Shown: positions 34,849 to 35,745 of the stretch, piece after piece
Layout of the letters: every line of letters begins with the position of its first letter
How positions within the stretch are numbered: position 1 is the first letter of the stretch
Assembly: GCA_964653815.1 (NCBI GenBank)
Contig: CAZZHJ010000002.1
Coordinates: forward strand, 1-35,745
Reading direction: 5' to 3'
Length of the DNA: 35,745 nucleotides
DNA from: an uncultured Lachnospiraceae bacterium
GTDB taxonomy: Bacteria; Bacillota; Clostridia; Lachnospirales; Lachnospiraceae
The notes under the pieces: generated by a model
Database searches by the model: none
The model's input: the letters and a program-made list of their open reading frames with translations, nothing else
Told to the model about the DNA's origin: nothing
Made by a program: the position numbers and the translations under genes

Positions 34849-35553
34849 ATGCGTATTGCATTAATGGTTATTCGAAAATTGTTCCTGGTTCCTATTATGT
34901 TTTTTAAATTGTGGAAGGCAGGTAAAAATTATAATGGAGATTATATGCCGGGATTTCTGATTGCAAAGGGCATTGCCACCCACGGGATTCATGCCGGTAA
35001 TATTACCATAGAGGTACATGGACAGGAGAACATTCCCCAAAAGGACGGATTTATTTTTTATCCGAATCATCAGGGGCTGTTTGATGTTTTAACGTTTTTA
35101 TATTCATGTCCAAGGCCCTTTGCCTTTGTTATCAAAAAAGAAGCAAAGGATGTTATTTTGCTGAAACAGACAATTGAGGCTACAGGTTCCCTCGCTATGG
35201 ACAGAGATGATCTTCGCCAGTCCATGCAGATTATTAATCAGGTGGCAAAGGAAGTAAAGGAAGGCCGCAATTATATTATTTTTGCGGAAGGTCACAGGAG
35301 TAGAAATGGAAATAAGCTTTTAGAATTTAAAGGAGGCAGTTTTAAGGCCGCACAGAAAGCAAAATGTCCTATTGTGCCCTGCGCTTTGATCAATTCCTTT
35401 GTTCCTTTTGATGAAAATTCCATACGTCCGGTAACAGTAAAACTGATTTACTTAAAACCGATGTATTATGAAGAATACCAGCATATGAAATCCAATGAAA
35501 TTGCGGATGATGTAAAAAGGCGAATTGAAGAGGCCATTGCCAAGTATGAATAA
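34849..35553 (+). CDS. plsC: 1-acyl-sn-glycerol-3-phosphate acyltransferase family protein
   Basis: NHQGLFD (HX4D), FAEGHRS, FKGGSF, PIVP. Confidence 0.88.
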   Translation: MRIALMVIRKLFLVPIMFFKLWKAGKNYNGDYMPGFLIAKGIATHGIHAGNITIEVHGQENIPQKDGFIFYPNHQGLFDVLTFLYSCPRPFAFVIKKEAKDVILLKQTIEATGSLAMDRDDLRQSMQIINQVAKEVKEGRNYIIFAEGHRSRNGNKLLEFKGGSFKAAQKAKCPIVPCALINSFVPFDENSIRPVTVKLIYLKPMYYEEYQHMKSNEIADDVKRRIEEAIAKYE

Positions 35554-35597
35554 TGCAGTAATGGCTATAATTATCTTGAAAAGATAGATAAAATCAA

Positions 35598-35626
35598 TTG
35601 ACAAATAAAATCCACTTATGTATAAT
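35598..35626 (+). promoter_or_regulatory. Consensus SigA promoter of the tRNA transcript
   Basis: TTGACA-N17-TATAAT, perfect consensus. Confidence 0.88.
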
Positions 35627-35690
35627 AATTTTTGCGTCACGAAATGGACGTAGCAACTTTATATTGGTAGAGGATAAAGTTCAGCGGTAC

Positions 35691-35745
35691 GGAGAAATAC
35701 TCAAGAGGCTGAAGAGGCGCCCCTGCTAAGGGTGTAGGTCGTTCA
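35691..35745 (+). tRNA. tRNA-Ser(GCT), 3'-truncated by window edge
   Basis: GGAGAAATACTCAAGAGGCTGAAGAGG D-arm; anticodon arm CGCCC-CTGCTAA-GGGTG with GCT at 35725-35727; start of the long variable arm. Confidence 0.93.

Noticed and set aside
1-35745. CRISPR array, integrase/transposase, prophage or anti-phage SAM-depleting defence system
   Set aside because: No spaced direct repeats, recombinase or phage genes are seen. The SAM-hydrolase context (transporter, metabolic regulators, salvage enzymes) fits catabolism rather than defence.

Overview
This is a low-GC Firmicutes chromosome window, most likely Lachnospiraceae or a related Clostridia (inferred from gene content). In order it holds: the 3' part of glgB; a satellite flagellar unit (992-aa DUF6240-like protein, flagellin, FliS); divergent sporulation genes yaaL and bofA; an 11-gene monoderm Tad/Flp pilus operon whose 55-aa Flp pilin is missing from the ORF track; a rhomboid / flavodoxin-SCP2 / HIT / DtxR-like operon; T-box-regulated tyrS; a ~9 kb nucleoside/SAM catabolic cluster (Crp/Fnr, deoD, deoB, GntR, GNAT, GPH-type MFS symporter, two tandem DUF62 SAM-hydrolase paralogs, adenosine deaminase); a second GNAT; a 35-aa small ORF; PadR plus an orphan SEDS protein; two-subunit fumarate hydratase; plsC; and the start of tRNA-Ser(GCT). 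There are two best candidates for an undescribed system. (1) A regulated import-and-dismantle pathway for SAM or a SAM-like sulfonium nucleoside, whose two hydrolases keep the catalytic triad but have altered substrate-binding residues. (2) A Tad pilus with a tandem Ada-like zinc-finger minor pilin, two prepilin peptidases, an Ig-like insert in TadC and a pseudokinase-like/FHA membrane protein, possibly used for DNA capture. All family assignments come from motif recognition; no database searches were run.
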